A stretch of 64,000 nt of DNA, from the NCBI GenBank assembly GCA_963735035.1, contig CAVTJJ010000004.1, positions 736,001 through 800,000 of the forward strand. The letters are read 5' to 3'. Positions within the stretch are counted from its first letter, which is position 1. Each line of letters opens with the position of its first letter. This document shows, piece after piece, positions 20,665 to 29,974 of this stretch. The stretch comes from an uncultured candidate division Zixibacteria bacterium (GTDB lineage: Bacteria; Zixibacteria; MSB-5A5; GN15; FEB-12). The notes below the pieces were generated by a model that worked only from the letters and a program-made list of their open reading frames with translations, was not told the origin of the DNA and made no database searches. The translations under genes were made by a program, and so were the position numbers.

Positions 20665-21543
20665 CTATTTCCGCTTGCCGGGCGTGGGTAGTCCTGAGAT
20701 AATGAGCGCGGCGAATACCAGCAATCCCCCCAGACCGCTGTGGATTTCGAACGATTCCCCGCCCAGGGTCCAGGCGAAGATGCCCGCGAACACCGGTTCA
20801 AAAGCGAAAATCAGCGATACCTTCACGGGCGACGTGAACTTCTGAGCCCACATCTGTGTGACGAACGCGGTCAGGCTGGGGAAAATAGCCAGAAAGACCG
20901 TGATCCATCCCGCCGAGGTGGTGTGAATTCGGAAGTCGAGCCCGAAAACCGCCATCGCCAGGAGACTCAGCAGTCCGACTATCAGGAACTGCTGACAGGA
21001 AATCACCAGCGGGTCGGCCCCCTTCTTGATGTACCGGTCCGAATAGAGCAGGTGTAGAGCGTAAGTCACTGCCGCCGCCAAAGTCAGAAGGTCACCCGCG
21101 TTTATCTCGGTCAGCCCGCCGGTAAGGAACCCCAGGCCACCAAGGGCGACTATTGTCGCCAGCCATTCCATGAGGGTCGGCCGCCCGTGGAACCAGGTTC
21201 GTATGAAGATTGGCACGAAGATCACAAACAAACCGGTGATGAACCCCGAATTGGAGGCGGTCGTATATTTGAGCCCAATCGTTTGGGGTATGTATAGCAG
21301 CCAGAGGATAATCGCCAGTCCCGCGCCCTGTTTAATGTCCCGGAGTATCGAACGACCCGTGACAAGCACTAGCGCCAGCATGATTACCCCGGCCAGAAGG
21401 AAGCGGTAGGCGACCATCGCCACTGGATCGATCCCGCCCAGAGCATCCTTTACGATGAAGAAGGTCGCGCCCCAAATTGCCGCGGCGTAAAACAGGCCGG
21501 TGTCGGCGAGAATCTGTCGGTATCTAGGGGAGAGGGCTGCCAT
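20665..21543 (-). CDS. DMT/EamA family transporter
   Basis: IWGATF, GLKYTTASNSGFITGL, GDLL, FEPVFA. Confidence 0.9.
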   Translation of the reverse strand: MAALSPRYRQILADTGLFYAAAIWGATFFIVKDALGGIDPVAMVAYRFLLAGVIMLALVLVTGRSILRDIKQGAGLAIILWLLYIPQTIGLKYTTASNSGFITGLFVIFVPIFIRTWFHGRPTLMEWLATIVALGGLGFLTGGLTEINAGDLLTLAAAVTYALHLLYSDRYIKKGADPLVISCQQFLIVGLLSLLAMAVFGLDFRIHTTSAGWITVFLAIFPSLTAFVTQMWAQKFTSPVKVSLIFAFEPVFAGIFAWTLGGESFEIHSGLGGLLVFAALIISGLPTPGKRK

Positions 21544-21617
21544 AAACAGAAGAGATAAAGCCGGATGGCGGCTGCCAAGTCAAATTGAAACTGGAAATTT
21601 GTGTTGTGCCGGAAGGC

Positions 21618-22028
21618 TCAAACACGGGCAGGCCGCTGATTGCGCACCACTTCGCCGATTTTCATGTCCTCGGTCAGGATGTGGTCCAGCAGCCAGCTTG
21701 TGAGAAAGTCCCGAATCTCCTGGAGCGTGATTTCCTTGCCTTCGCTCCAATCGAGCGCCATGTCGGCTATCTTGCCCGCAAATTCAGAATGGCACCAGCG
21801 ATGGGCGGTGATTCCGGGGAAATTGATCTGCTGCATCAGGGATTCTTCGTCGGCGAAGTGTTGCAGCGCGTAGTCAACGAGGGCATCAATGGTCTGCAGG
21901 GAGTCCTGTCGATCCGCTCCGGCCTCGATTTTGCGGTCCAAAGCGTTGATCAGCTTGAACAAGTACTGGTGTTGCTGGTCGATCTGTTCCTGACCGACCC
22001 GGAAACGATCATTCCACTGAAGCGTCAT
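21618..22028 (-). CDS. Bacteriohemerythrin
   Basis: IDQQH, HFADEE, H...H, WLLDHILTED. Confidence 0.92.
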   Translation of the reverse strand: MTLQWNDRFRVGQEQIDQQHQYLFKLINALDRKIEAGADRQDSLQTIDALVDYALQHFADEESLMQQINFPGITAHRWCHSEFAGKIADMALDWSEGKEITLQEIRDFLTSWLLDHILTEDMKIGEVVRNQRPARV

Positions 22029-22163
22029 AGACGCACCCTCGATCTTGAGTAAGTTTAGCTCCCCAATGAATTATCGACCCGCCGGACCCATAACTTGAAT
22101 AGTCTCCCTCAGAGGGCCAATCAGGTTGTGGCGGGGCAGTCTTTTTAGTATAGTCACTTAGGA

Positions 22164-23657
22164 ATGGACCGACACCCAAGGAGTAAGTCTATGACGATTT
22201 TCAGATTGTGTCTCGCCGTGGCGATTCTGGCCACCGCGATTCCCGCCGCCCAGGCTCAGAATATCGGAGCCGTTACGTCCGATATGATCGCCCGTTTCGA
22301 CAAGCAATTAGCCGACGATCCGAGCTTGAAGAGCGTTGTTAACGCGGCTACCAACAACGACATACGTGATCTGTCCCTGAATCGCGAACTGGTTGCCGCT
22401 TTCGACGGCCGATTCAATTTCGAACTGAAGGGGACCAAAATCATCGACCAGAAGAGCAGCGGTCGGTGCTGGATGTTCGCCGGCTGCAATGTTGTCACTC
22501 CCAGGGTCATGACGAAGCTTAAACTCTCTGATTTTGGTCTGTCCCAGGCCTATCTGGCTTTCTATGACCGACTTGAAAAATGCAATTTCTTCCTCGAGAC
22601 CATGATCTCCATGAGGGCTCGCGATATCAACGACCGGTCACTGCAGATGTATCTCGAGAATCCGATCGGCGATGGCGGCTGGTGGCAGTATTTCGAAGGA
22701 TTGATCCACAAATATGGGGTGGTGCCGGCATCGGCTATGCCTGAAACCAAGCAGTCGTCGGCCACCGACCGCACCAATGCGTTGTTGAATTCTCTCCTTC
22801 GCAAGTCTACCGCCGAAATTCGGCGCATGCACCAGGCAGGCAAAAAGGAACCGGCTATCCGCCAATATAAAGAAAGCGTGCTGGGCGATATCTATCGTCT
22901 GTTGATTTGCGCGTACGGCCAGCCGCCCAAGGAATTCGTTTTCCGCTATGAGGAAACCCGAAAGGACACTACCGCCGCGGCGGTTGTCGATTCCACCAAG
23001 AAGGCGGATACGGCCGGCACCAAAGTACTCGTTGACCGCAAGTTCACCCCTGAGTCGTTCTTCAAGGAATATTACGGCGACCTCTCTACTGAGTATGTTG
23101 CCCTGGTGCACAACCCGGCCCAGAAGGACCTGACACTGTTCGAGTTGATGAACAGCCGAAACATACTCGAGCAGACCGATGTCAAGTTCCTCAACCTGCC
23201 GATTACGTCGCTCAAAGACTATGCCTACAAGATGATCAAAGACAGCCAGATTGTCTGGTTTGCCTGTGACGTCGGTCGGGATAATTTCCGCGACAGCGGC
23301 ATGTTTGCCGCCAACGTGTGGGACTACAGCAGCACGCTCGGCATTGACTTCAGCACCACCAAGGCCGACCGGATCGCTTATCGCGACGAGACGCCCAACC
23401 ATGCGATGGTGCTCCTGGCCGTGGATACGACCGAGACCGGTATCCCCCGCAAGTGGAAAGTCGAGAACTCCTGGGGATCGACACTCGGAAGCGGCGGCTA
23501 CTGGACCATGTACGATTCCTGGTTCGACGACAACGTGTTGCTGGTTATGGTCGACAAGAAATTGCTCACGTCGCAGGATGCGGCACTGCTCGAACAGAAG
23601 CCGGTCATCGTCGAGGACTGGCAGCCGTTCTTCCGCGACCTGACCCAATTGAAGTAA
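22164..23657 (+). CDS. Exported aminopeptidase C / bleomycin hydrolase (peptidase C1B)
   Basis: QKSSGRCWMFA, NHAM, WKVENSWG; signal peptide. Confidence 0.92.
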   Translation: MDRHPRSKSMTIFRLCLAVAILATAIPAAQAQNIGAVTSDMIARFDKQLADDPSLKSVVNAATNNDIRDLSLNRELVAAFDGRFNFELKGTKIIDQKSSGRCWMFAGCNVVTPRVMTKLKLSDFGLSQAYLAFYDRLEKCNFFLETMISMRARDINDRSLQMYLENPIGDGGWWQYFEGLIHKYGVVPASAMPETKQSSATDRTNALLNSLLRKSTAEIRRMHQAGKKEPAIRQYKESVLGDIYRLLICAYGQPPKEFVFRYEETRKDTTAAAVVDSTKKADTAGTKVLVDRKFTPESFFKEYYGDLSTEYVALVHNPAQKDLTLFELMNSRNILEQTDVKFLNLPITSLKDYAYKMIKDSQIVWFACDVGRDNFRDSGMFAANVWDYSSTLGIDFSTTKADRIAYRDETPNHAMVLLAVDTTETGIPRKWKVENSWGSTLGSGGYWTMYDSWFDDNVLLVMVDKKLLTSQDAALLEQKPVIVEDWQPFFRDLTQLK

Positions 23658-23694
23658 TTTCGATTTGCGCGAAAGGGCACAGCGGATAAACTGA

Positions 23695-24600
23695 GTGGGT
23701 CTCTTTCAGATCGTCTGGTATCTTGCGGCCGTCTTCTGTTTTGCAGTGACGGCCGCCAAACTGATCCGGATTGCGCGGATGCCGGTTCACATCCGCTGGG
23801 ATCTCTATCCCATTCCTCATGAGAAGGGGCGTGGCTCCTATGGCGGTTCCTACTATGAAGAGGTAGACTGGTGGACCAAGCCCCGTCGGTTTGCCCTGTT
23901 TGCAGAATTGCGCGAAGTAGCCGTCGAGATACTGTTCATTCGCTCGCTGTATCGCCATAATCGATCCCTGTGGCTGGTCTCGTATCCGTTCCATCTCGGT
24001 CTCTATAGTCTGGTCGTCTTTGCATTGCTCATAGCGCTCGGCAGCTTCATGGAACCGGCCGGATCGTCGGTAGCAAATGGTGTCGTCTATTACTTTACTA
24101 TCGTATCCGGAGTCGTCGGATGGACTCTGACTATCTTTGGCGCCACGGGCCTCCTGTTGAGCCGTATCTTCCGCAAAGACTTACGAATTGCCACGATCCG
24201 GAGCGACTACTTCAACCTGGGCATTCTTCTAACTGTAAGTGTAATCGGATTCACAGCCTGGTTGACGGCCGACACTGACTACACCATCATGCGTCGGCTG
24301 GTCGGGGCTATGCTGACAATGAAATTGGCCAGTGAGATTCCGACCGCATTACAAGTCCAGGTTTGGGTGACTTCGGCGCTCTTGTTCTATTTCCCATTCA
24401 CTCACATGACTCACGTGTTCAGCAAGTTCTTCACGTATCATTCGGTGAGATGGGAAGACCACCCCAATATCCGCGACAGTCGGATCGAGAAGGCCGTCAC
24501 CGAGGCCCTCGGCTACAATCTGACCTGGGCTGCCCCGCACATTCGCAAGGGAACCTGGGCCGAAGCCGCCACCGGAGAGAAGAAGTCGGTCGATGAGTAA
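23695..24600 (+). CDS. DsrM/HmeC-like membrane b-type cytochrome (NarI family)
   Basis: WDLYPIPHE, SYPFHLG, PFTHMTH; TM helices; overlaps the dsrK-like gene. Confidence 0.8.
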   Translation: MGLFQIVWYLAAVFCFAVTAAKLIRIARMPVHIRWDLYPIPHEKGRGSYGGSYYEEVDWWTKPRRFALFAELREVAVEILFIRSLYRHNRSLWLVSYPFHLGLYSLVVFALLIALGSFMEPAGSSVANGVVYYFTIVSGVVGWTLTIFGATGLLLSRIFRKDLRIATIRSDYFNLGILLTVSVIGFTAWLTADTDYTIMRRLVGAMLTMKLASEIPTALQVQVWVTSALLFYFPFTHMTHVFSKFFTYHSVRWEDHPNIRDSRIEKAVTEALGYNLTWAAPHIRKGTWAEAATGEKKSVDE

Positions 24601-26206
24601 GCGTGACATCACCATAAGAGATTTCTGTCGTCGCACCGGCCAGTTGGTAGAGTTGGACACGCGCGACTTCCTGCCGCTACCGCCACCCTACGATCAAATG
24701 AATCTCGAGCCGAAGATTCGGCAGTTGTCGGAGGCGATCCGTCAGAAATACGAGACTGACCTCGACGGTGTCACCGCGGTCAAGTTCCCGCGTCCCCGGA
24801 CCGAAGACGAGAAACGCGCTCTGGTGGCCAGTTTTCTGAGCGGTCTGGCAAAGCTGTTCGACCGCCGGGAGAACTGGACCTTCATGCAGCCGCTCTTCCT
24901 GACGATGGAATACTGCGCCCGCTGCCAGACCTGTGCTTCGGCCTGCCCGATCTATGTAGAATCCGGTAAGATAGACATCTACCGACCGACCTATCGCTCA
25001 GATATACTCCGGCGGCTCTACAAGAAATATGTCAAGGCGGGCGGACGCCTGACCGCGTGGATTTCCGGTAATGACATCGACGCTACCTGGACCATGATCG
25101 CGCGTCTGATGGAGTTGTGCTACCGATGTACGGTTTGTCGTCGGTGCGCCCAGTCGTGCCCGATCGGGGTCGACAACGGCCTGGTCACGCGCGAGTTACG
25201 AAAGATTTTCAGCCAGGAGATGGGTATCGCGGTAGAGGCGCTTCATGCCGGCGGCTCGATGAATCAACTGCGGACAGGGTCAAGTACCGGCATGTCACGC
25301 GAACCTTTTCTGGATAATGTTGAGTTCATGGAGCAGGACGTCGAAGAGCGGACCGGCCTGAATTTCAAATGGCCGATGGACAAAGCCGGGGCGGATATCC
25401 TGCTCATTCACAACGCGGGCGAATTTCTCGCCTGGCCGGAGAATCCTGAAGCATTTGCTATCGTCCTTGAAGCAGCTGGAGTGAACTACACGCTCTCCAG
25501 CGAATTGTGCGCATATGACGGCGTAAACTACGGGGTATGGTACGACGATGTGCAATTTGCCAAAGTAGCCATGCAGCATGCCCAGGTGGCGAGAAAGCTG
25601 GGAGTCAAGAAGATCGTAATCGGAGAATGCGGCCACTCCACTAAGGCCTTGACGGTGATCGCCGACCGGGTCTTCACCGGCGAATACAACATACCCCGTG
25701 AAAGCTCGCTCACGCTTCTGAATGACATCATCAAGAGCGGTCGTCTGAATCTTGACCCGTCGCGCAATGACGACCTTACCGTGACGCTTCACGACCCCTG
25801 CAATATGGTCCGCCTGATGGGGATCGTACGACCACAACGCGAAATTCTACAAGCCGTATGCAACCGATTCCGGGAGATGACGCCTCACGGGGTGGATAAT
25901 TATTGCTGCGGCGGCGGCTCCGGTTTTGCCATAACTCAGGATCTTAACTTCCCTGATTTCCGCCATACTCTTTCGAGTCGAACGAAATTGCGCCAGATTC
26001 TCGATGTCTTTCAGGACATCATCGAACCCGACCAAAAGAAGTACGTCTGCGCCCCCTGTTCCAATTGCAAAGGGGCGATGCGCGACATGTTCGCCGCCTA
26101 CGGTCTGTTCAATCGTTGCAACATTCTCTATGGCGGATTGATTGAACTCGTGGTCAATGCCATGGTTGATATCAAGAAACCGTTCCTGCAATGGGAATGG
26201 CATTAG
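24593..26206 (+). CDS. DsrK/HmeD-like Fe-S protein with CCG domain
   Basis: CARCQTCASAC, CTVCRRCAQSCP, GECGH, HDPCN, CCGGGSG, APCSNC. Confidence 0.85.
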   Translation: MSKRDITIRDFCRRTGQLVELDTRDFLPLPPPYDQMNLEPKIRQLSEAIRQKYETDLDGVTAVKFPRPRTEDEKRALVASFLSGLAKLFDRRENWTFMQPLFLTMEYCARCQTCASACPIYVESGKIDIYRPTYRSDILRRLYKKYVKAGGRLTAWISGNDIDATWTMIARLMELCYRCTVCRRCAQSCPIGVDNGLVTRELRKIFSQEMGIAVEALHAGGSMNQLRTGSSTGMSREPFLDNVEFMEQDVEERTGLNFKWPMDKAGADILLIHNAGEFLAWPENPEAFAIVLEAAGVNYTLSSELCAYDGVNYGVWYDDVQFAKVAMQHAQVARKLGVKKIVIGECGHSTKALTVIADRVFTGEYNIPRESSLTLLNDIIKSGRLNLDPSRNDDLTVTLHDPCNMVRLMGIVRPQREILQAVCNRFREMTPHGVDNYCCGGGSGFAITQDLNFPDFRHTLSSRTKLRQILDVFQDIIEPDQKKYVCAPCSNCKGAMRDMFAAYGLFNRCNILYGGLIELVVNAMVDIKKPFLQWEWH

Positions 26207-26489
26207 CAGGGGACGTTGCCAAACCCATTGAGTGGCATTCTCAGTCCGTTGACGACCATGTCGGTTAGAGAAATTCGCGCCAGTCATCATAACGCCGGGC
26301 GTTAGTTAGCCATCCTCACCAAGATCTTCTTCGATACAAGACAATTCGCACCAATATCGTATTGACTTTCGGCAATTCTGGATTATATTTACCCCCGTAC
26401 TAGCGATTGGTTGGGTCCTGCCCCCAGTGCCACAGGGATTATCCTACGGCACGCAGGTGATCGAACCTGATTTGTAAAAGGAGCGACTC

Positions 26490-27617
26490 GTGATAACGGT
26501 GAAATCTACCGCTATTCTATCCGTCTGTCTCGCAGCATTTGCCTGGAGCAATTGTTCAGCTGGATCTGAAATACCGGATCTTAGAGCGGGTCGAAGCTAC
26601 ATCCACCCGTCGGCCGGAGCCCGTCAGATGCCGTCGATGCGCGGCGCTATGGGTACCGAGGCCGGTCCGACTTTCCACAACGGCGAAACGCTCTACTGTT
26701 CCAACTGTCACGTGATGCACGCCTCTGAGCAGCATCCGGGCGACCAGTCGGTCCCGGGTGGCAGCTACCCGATGGATTACACTCCGTCCCGGAATCTGCT
26801 CAAAGCCAGTGATCCGGTGGCGCTCTGTCTGACCTGTCATGATAACGTGGTCGGTATACCCGACGTAGTCGGCGCTGACGTTAACGGTCTGGTTGATCGT
26901 TCGGGCGGACACTTTGCCCTGCCGGGCGAGATGAATGCCCGCGGTCACAAGCTTGATTACGGTTTGACTACCGGCGACTACGATCTGTGCTATCGCTGCC
27001 ATTTCGCAGGAACGTTCGCAACCGCCAGCGTGACTTGTCTCGATTGTCACAATCCCCATGGAAATAATCGTCCCCGTAACTTGCAGTGGGCATCGTGGCC
27101 GGGCGGCGAACCGCAACTAGGGCTGCTCGAAAGCGGCGCATCGAGTGGGCTGTCCAGATATGAGACCAGCAACGTGGCTTACGGCACGCTCAATACCGAT
27201 CAACTCAGAGAAGTCACGACTATCTGCATCGACTGCCATCACGTGTTCAGCGGCAATTCCTACATCGATCCCGACGGTAACGGCATCCATAATCTTCATC
27301 CCACCTATGATTCTGAACGCAGCAGTCTGAACAACATATCTCAGGGTGGAGGTTCTAGAGGCACGACCGATCCGGCTCACTGGACGAGCGGAACCGGTTC
27401 GGGATTCGCCCATACTCCGAGAGTGCGCTTTGTCAATAACGGGGCCGCCGACTTTGTTTCGGCCCAGCAAGTCGACCCGTCCGTGAACGGAACGTTCTGT
27501 CTCTCCTGTCATAAAGCCCACGGCAGCGACAACGCGTTCGGTCTGGTGTGGAATCCGGCTTCGGGTTATTTCGGCGAAGGCTGTGAGCAGTGTCACAACC
27601 GGACGGGACAGCAATAG
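26490..27617 (+). CDS. Exported 7-heme cytochrome c with OmcS-like motif order
   Basis: CSNCH, CLTCH, CYRCH, CLDCH, CIDCH, CLSCH, CEQCH; signal peptide; RBS AAGGAG. Confidence 0.85.
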   Translation: MITVKSTAILSVCLAAFAWSNCSAGSEIPDLRAGRSYIHPSAGARQMPSMRGAMGTEAGPTFHNGETLYCSNCHVMHASEQHPGDQSVPGGSYPMDYTPSRNLLKASDPVALCLTCHDNVVGIPDVVGADVNGLVDRSGGHFALPGEMNARGHKLDYGLTTGDYDLCYRCHFAGTFATASVTCLDCHNPHGNNRPRNLQWASWPGGEPQLGLLESGASSGLSRYETSNVAYGTLNTDQLREVTTICIDCHHVFSGNSYIDPDGNGIHNLHPTYDSERSSLNNISQGGGSRGTTDPAHWTSGTGSGFAHTPRVRFVNNGAADFVSAQQVDPSVNGTFCLSCHKAHGSDNAFGLVWNPASGYFGEGCEQCHNRTGQQ

Positions 27618-27670
27618 CCACGTAGCAGGACCTCAAGTCCGCGTCTTTGTTTGCAAATCTACCAATTTGG

Positions 27671-27702
27671 AGCGGCTCCGTTGAAATGTCGGAGCCGCTT
27701 TC
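27671..27702 (+). terminator. Rho-independent terminator
   Basis: agcggctccg-N9-cggagccgct followed by a short T tract. Confidence 0.55.
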
Positions 27703-27826
27703 AGTTCCCTTCTCAGAATCCAATCGCCGCAACATGTAATGTCAAGTGTAACAATGAGATATGTCTTTTCGACTGGGCGGGGCTCCATCAAGATGGGTGA
27801 TGTACCGATAACCTATTCATTAACAA

Positions 27827-28549
27827 TTGAATGCCAGGAAATGGAATAACAGCATGATCCGAACCCTCGCAAGACTCTTCTTCTTATGTGCTGCGGCTTC
27901 AATCGTGCTTTCATGCGCGGCGGGCTTGAAAAGCCACAAGGAGTTCTATGTTGACCAGCAGCCTCGGGAAGAATGGGCCGAGGCTCGTGACTCCGCGGGC
28001 AGTTATGTCCGTGAGGGGAAATTCATTTCCTGGCACGAAAACGGCGCTGAGAAGGTGACCGGAGAATTCCACCTGGGTCTCAAGAACGGACTTTGGACAA
28101 CCAAAGACCCGGACGGACGCGTGACCGAATGGTCAGAGTATCAGGACGGCGTTCAGCACGGTCTGGCAGTTAGCTACCATCCCAACCGGAAGAAGCAGCA
28201 GGAAGGCAAGTACGTTAAGGGACGTCGCGATGGCATCTGGCGTCAATGGTACTCGGACGGCGGTTTGAAAGAAGAAGGCGTGTACGTCGACGGCCGTCAG
28301 GAAGGCATCTGGACGTCATGGTATCCCGGCTTCAAGAAGCGCTCAGAAATTGAATACAAGGATGGCCAAATGAACGGTCCCTTCTTGACCTGGCGGGAAA
28401 GCGGTCTCCGATGGGAAGAAGGCTCTTATCAGGGCGGTTTGAAATCGGGTGTTTGGACGACCTGGGATGAAATGGGACTGGTGTTTTCCAAAGAAACTTA
28501 CATAGCCGGAAAACAGGTGGCCGCCGGGTCTAGCGCCTCGGCGCACTAG
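27827..28549 (+). CDS. MORN-variant (YwqK-like) repeat protein, probable lipoprotein
   Basis: Repeated EG.Y..G...G.W..WY..G; VLSC lipobox. Confidence 0.8.
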   Translation: MNARKWNNSMIRTLARLFFLCAAASIVLSCAAGLKSHKEFYVDQQPREEWAEARDSAGSYVREGKFISWHENGAEKVTGEFHLGLKNGLWTTKDPDGRVTEWSEYQDGVQHGLAVSYHPNRKKQQEGKYVKGRRDGIWRQWYSDGGLKEEGVYVDGRQEGIWTSWYPGFKKRSEIEYKDGQMNGPFLTWRESGLRWEEGSYQGGLKSGVWTTWDEMGLVFSKETYIAGKQVAAGSSASAH

Positions 28550-28567
28550 TGTAGAATCTAATACTTA

Positions 28568-28900
28568 TCAGCAATGTCTTCGGGCGGAAACGACAAAAGC
28601 GCCGAAATAACTCCGCCAAAGGTTGTCGGACGAGCCCATCAGGTTCGAGCCGACAAACGAATCCACTAAAGCCTCGCGAAGTCTGGCCAACTCCCTGGTT
28701 CGAGTACGATTTTTCGGGTCATCGAGGGAGAAGTCGAGGAGTTCCAATGCCCGATCGAGAGCGAGCCGACTGTACTCTGAATTTTGACGTTCCTTCCACA
28801 TTAGGGCCCGCTCAACTTCTCCGCCAATATGGGCCATTTGTTCGACAAGACTGAAGCTGCTCCATCGTCCGGCAGCCAGAGAAGTATGTTGTGTGCTCAT
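28568..28900 (-). CDS. Small helical hypothetical protein
   Basis: GRWSSFSLVEQMAHIGGEVERAL; 4-nt overlap with the upstream gene. Confidence 0.7.
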   Translation of the reverse strand: MSTQHTSLAAGRWSSFSLVEQMAHIGGEVERALMWKERQNSEYSRLALDRALELLDFSLDDPKNRTRTRELARLREALVDSFVGSNLMGSSDNLWRSYFGAFVVSARRHC

Positions 28901-29238
28901 CCGATAACTCTCCGGCTGACTATCTCTGTGATCCGTGCCCGAACCTGTTCGTTGTCGATCCCACGGGTTCGGTTATTCTGAGACGGACGAACATTGATAA
29001 GCGAATCGAATTCTATGAACTGGCCGCCCTGTTCCTCGGGATAGAGGTTTATTCCCCACAAGTCCTTCTGATGTGATCCGCCCTGAAGCAAAAGGGCTTC
29101 CAGGTCGGCATGCAATTCCGCGTCTACTGCCAGCAGTTCCCGATCAATGTCTACAACCGCCTTTATCATATTGCCGAAGAAATTTTGGGCAAGGGAACGC
29201 AGATCTTCTCGGGTGATGTTTTCGGCGATTACTTTCAT
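28897..29238 (-). CDS. DUF5674-like protein
   Basis: MIKAVVDI, LHADLE, WGINLYP, IEFDSLINVRPSQNN. Confidence 0.75.
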   Translation of the reverse strand: MKVIAENITREDLRSLAQNFFGNMIKAVVDIDRELLAVDAELHADLEALLLQGGSHQKDLWGINLYPEEQGGQFIEFDSLINVRPSQNNRTRGIDNEQVRARITEIVSRRVIG

Positions 29239-29372
29239 AGAGCAGGGAACTCCTCAATTCTGGAAACAGCTTACTTCCTCATCAACCGATTTCGGTCCTG
29301 GTGTCAAGATACCCGGTTCGGCATCAGAAGACAAGCGGGCCTGCCGAGAAAGGGGACCTAACGTAATTGAAA

Positions 29373-29723
29373 CTACGCCGCCACGCGACGAAACATGAAA
29401 TACGCCGCTCCCGCCAGACAAAGTCCCGCCCAAAGATAATCCAGCGTCAGCTTCTGTTTCATATAAAGCACACAGAATACCGCGAAGACCGACATCGTGA
29501 TTATTTCCTGTATGATCTTCAACTGGCCAAGGGAATACGTTTCGGCCCCGATCCGATTGGCCGGGACCTGAAGACAGTATTCCAGCAGCGCCACCGACCA
29601 GCTTATTAAGATAACCACCACCAGCGGGCGGTCGCGAAAATCCTTGAGGTGGCCGTACCAGGCGTAGGTCATGAAAAGGTTGGATCCAACCAGCAGCAAT
29701 ATGGGGAAAAGGCGGTTTTGCAT
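29373..29723 (-). CDS. DMT-superfamily small membrane protein (DUF486)
   Basis: SNLFMTYAWYGHLK, EYCLQVPANRIG, QLKIIQE. Confidence 0.88.
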   Translation of the reverse strand: MQNRLFPILLLVGSNLFMTYAWYGHLKDFRDRPLVVVILISWSVALLEYCLQVPANRIGAETYSLGQLKIIQEIITMSVFAVFCVLYMKQKLTLDYLWAGLCLAGAAYFMFRRVAA

Positions 29724-29974
29724 AGAGTCCTGCATTTTGAAGTTTCTCACTATCAAGGCATCGGGGAAATGAATGCGACAGCTTTCGAGGATCAATAAGA
29801 AGTTTTGACCGAGAAAGGTCTCGGTTTCTGCCACTTGTCACCTCCAAATCTGAACGTGGTCGCACAGCGGCTCCACTTTCGATTGCTCGCTGAGGCCAAA
29901 ACGACTATCTTGTACCGGAAGATCATGCTATAACAATATCCCTCGGCTACGAGGGCCGGGCTCGTTGCTCGACA

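Noticed and set aside
26207..26489. Cyclic dinucleotide (GEMM-I) riboswitch ahead of the OmcS-like gene
   Set aside because: No GGCAAACC/GAAA tetraloop-receptor pattern could be found by eye
27827..28549. Antitoxin or immunity gene of a toxin system
   Set aside because: The repeat family is generic and there is no adjacent toxin gene
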